IMG/VR virus record: IMGVR_UViG_3300009545_000019
Direction: 5' to 3' (one strand)
Source of the DNA: an uncultured virus (IMG/VR IMGVR_UViG_3300009545_000019)
Lineage: Duplodnaviria; Heunggongvirae; Uroviricota; Caudoviricetes
DNA: 64,000 nt
In this document: positions 62,073 to 64,000 of the stretch, in pieces
Layout of the letters: the number at the start of each line of letters is the position of its first letter
How positions within the stretch are numbered: position 1 is the first letter of the stretch
Notes under the pieces: model-generated
Databases searched by the model: none
Seen by the model: only the letters and a program-made list of their open reading frames with translations
What the model was told of the DNA's origin: nothing
Program-made: the position numbers and the translations under genes

Positions 62073-62354
62073 GTAAGGCTATGACGCTAATTGAGATCAA
62101 GGCGGCCGTCGAAGCCGGCAAGAAAGTGTTCTGGAGCAATCGCTCTTACGAAGTCCTCAAGGACAGCGTCGGACAGTGGCTCATCCGATGCTCAAATGGG
62201 TCCTGCATCGGGCTCACGCACCGAGACGGCGTGACGATGAACGGCGAGCCCGAAGAGTTTTTCATCGGCTAAGGCGAGAGGGTAGCTCAATGAGCGACAA
62301 GCCAAACGGTTCCGGCAAAGGTCACTGCGACGTCTGCGGTCGAGAATACACCTG
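61569..62354 (+). repeat. 65-bp direct repeat (61569-61633 and 62290-62354)
   Basis: 63/65 identical; both encode MSDKPNGSGKGHCDVCGREYT. Confidence 0.9.
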
Positions 62355-64000
62355 GGGTTGCGGCCATTCCGGCTCACAGGAGTATGCGGCCCGAAAGCAC
62401 AACGGCACGCGAGCGCATGCGAATCGAAAGTGCAAGTGCTTCGGGCACGACCATTGCGACCCGAAGACGTGCAAGTTGGCCGGCGTCCGAATTCCCGGTT
62501 ACGTGCCGTTTTACCAACACACCGAGGAACGTGAGCCTCTCACTGATATTACAGGGTGTGACGTCTAGCCCAACATCCGCCGCTCCCGGCCCATACCCTC
62601 GCGGGTTGGGCCTCGCGGTGTTGAAGGAGTCTCACAATGAAAAAGACCATGACTCGAGCACGCGCAATGAAACAAGGAACGAGGGACGGCATCGAGGACG
62701 CCGATATGATCCTCGCCGATAATGGCCACGAGGCGGCGCTTGGCTGCGCTTCGTGGGGAGAGATGGCCCGCGGCGTGAAGCTCGCCGAGATCATGAAGAT
62801 CCCTATCGAGCTCGAGGCCGTGTACTACGCGGCGTACGAAGTGGCGGCGACGTGCCGCGTTCGGGAGATCGCCGGCCGCAAGGTCGAAGTCTTCGATGCG
62901 GTCGAAGTTGAGGAGAAGGCGGCGTAGTCATGGCTGCAAGCCCTATGTGGAAGGTTTATCTCGGCAAGGAGTACCGTGCCGCGTGCAAGCACGTGGAAGA
63001 GGCCGCGTGCCTCGTAGCATTCCTTGGGAGAGGCTCGACGATTCGAGCGGAGCACTCTCTCATTGTGTGGTCGGAAGGCAACGAGGATCGGCCGGCCGCC
63101 GATAGCTATGATCACGTTGTCGAGGTCACCCACGCTCGTCTCGAAAACTACCGTGCCAAAATGAGGAAAACCACATGAACATCTCACGCGAAGACATCAA
63201 AAGCCCCGAGGCGTGCATTGCGACGATCGAGGATCTCTCGAATCACATCGAGGAGATCGCCCATCACGAACCGGAGTACCAGTTCAGCTCCCTCCTCGCC
63301 GAGGAGCACTTCCGGCAGGCACTCAACTATCTCGCCATGGCGATGGGACGATGAAACTCAACAAGTCAAAACGGGTCATCACGTTGGGCCGCACAGACAC
63401 GAAGACCTGGCAAGATGCGGGTCCGGACGGAGACAAATTCCGCCGCCTCGTGCGTGAGATGGCGCATCGTCTCGCCGACACAAGCGGTAAGGCTGTCGAG
63501 ATCTATGCGTCGGCGAGCGCAGGCGGGTGGATGTGCGATCAGATCGAGGCCAGAACCGCATGAAACTCACTTTCTACGATCTCGACGACAAAACCGTGAT
63601 GAAGGTCACGTCCGCCGCGGTGCCCCGAAAAGGCGAAACCGTCTCCCTGCTCGGCCAGATGTACGAGGTTATGCACGTCCGTTGGATGGCCGAACCCGGA
63701 ATTCTCGAACAAGTGGAGATCCTCGTAAGATGAAAACATCACCCATCCTCGTCCGCCTCCAAGCGGATCTCGACAAGGCGCTCGCCGAGCGGGACGCCGC
63801 TCGACGCGAACGTGACGATCTGCTCGCGGATATGTTCCGCTTCGCCCGCGAGCTCGGTGCGGCGGTTTCGGGCTCGACGGAGCCCAGGAAAGGAAACGGA
63901 TAATGGGACGCGAAGTAAGAATGGTTCCGGCAGACTGGGAGCATCCTACGGACCGGCGCGGTTACCGTCCGCTCTTCGATGGCTCCAAGTTTCGAAAAGA

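Larger units (their letters stand above)
60392..64000 (+). other. Rightward early gene cluster of short hypothetical ORFs; the last runs off the window
   Basis: 60392-60547, 60616-60792, 60858-61049, 61121-61564, 62081-62272, 62290-62568, 62637-62927, 62930-63178 and others. Confidence 0.6.

Noticed and set aside
1..64000. tRNA or rRNA genes
   Set aside because: None recognised by eye; a tRNAscan-SE run would be needed to exclude them.

Overview
The window is most of a GC-rich, probably temperate, uncultivated bacterial dsDNA virus genome (or provirus) in three blocks. (1) 1-20866, + strand: replication and nucleotide metabolism (SF2 helicase, putative SSB, DHH phosphoesterase, intein-split family A DNA polymerase, RuvC-like resolvase, dNMP kinase, dCTP deaminase, tyrosine integrase) plus many small ORFs. 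(2) 20863-55365, - strand: a virion/lysis block. I recognise no terminase, portal, HK97 capsid or tail genes in it. It instead encodes a candidate single jelly-roll capsid protein, a transglutaminase-like cysteine protease, about 12 N-terminally membrane-anchored proteins, basic core-like proteins and modular glycine-rich/beta-helix fibres, which suggests a tailless, membrane-containing virion. (3) 55452-64000: small early genes diverging from two sigma54-like promoters, with repeated RNA-like leader elements. The main signal is at 299-1393: a stand-alone Cas7/RAMP-like gene (381-995) flanked by four non-coding tracts of 5-nt period (NGY-NN pentamers), separated by hairpins and ending in a shared TAAG tail. 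This fits a VIPR-type RNA-guided system with a gapped code. Read as codon positions 1-2, the NN dinucleotides of tract 1 spell G-D-C-E-D-L-A, the transglutaminase catalytic motif, whereas this virus's own gene reads G-V-C-E-D-L-A. All calls are from motif reading by eye; no searches were run. Several single-base frameshifts suggest sequencing indels.
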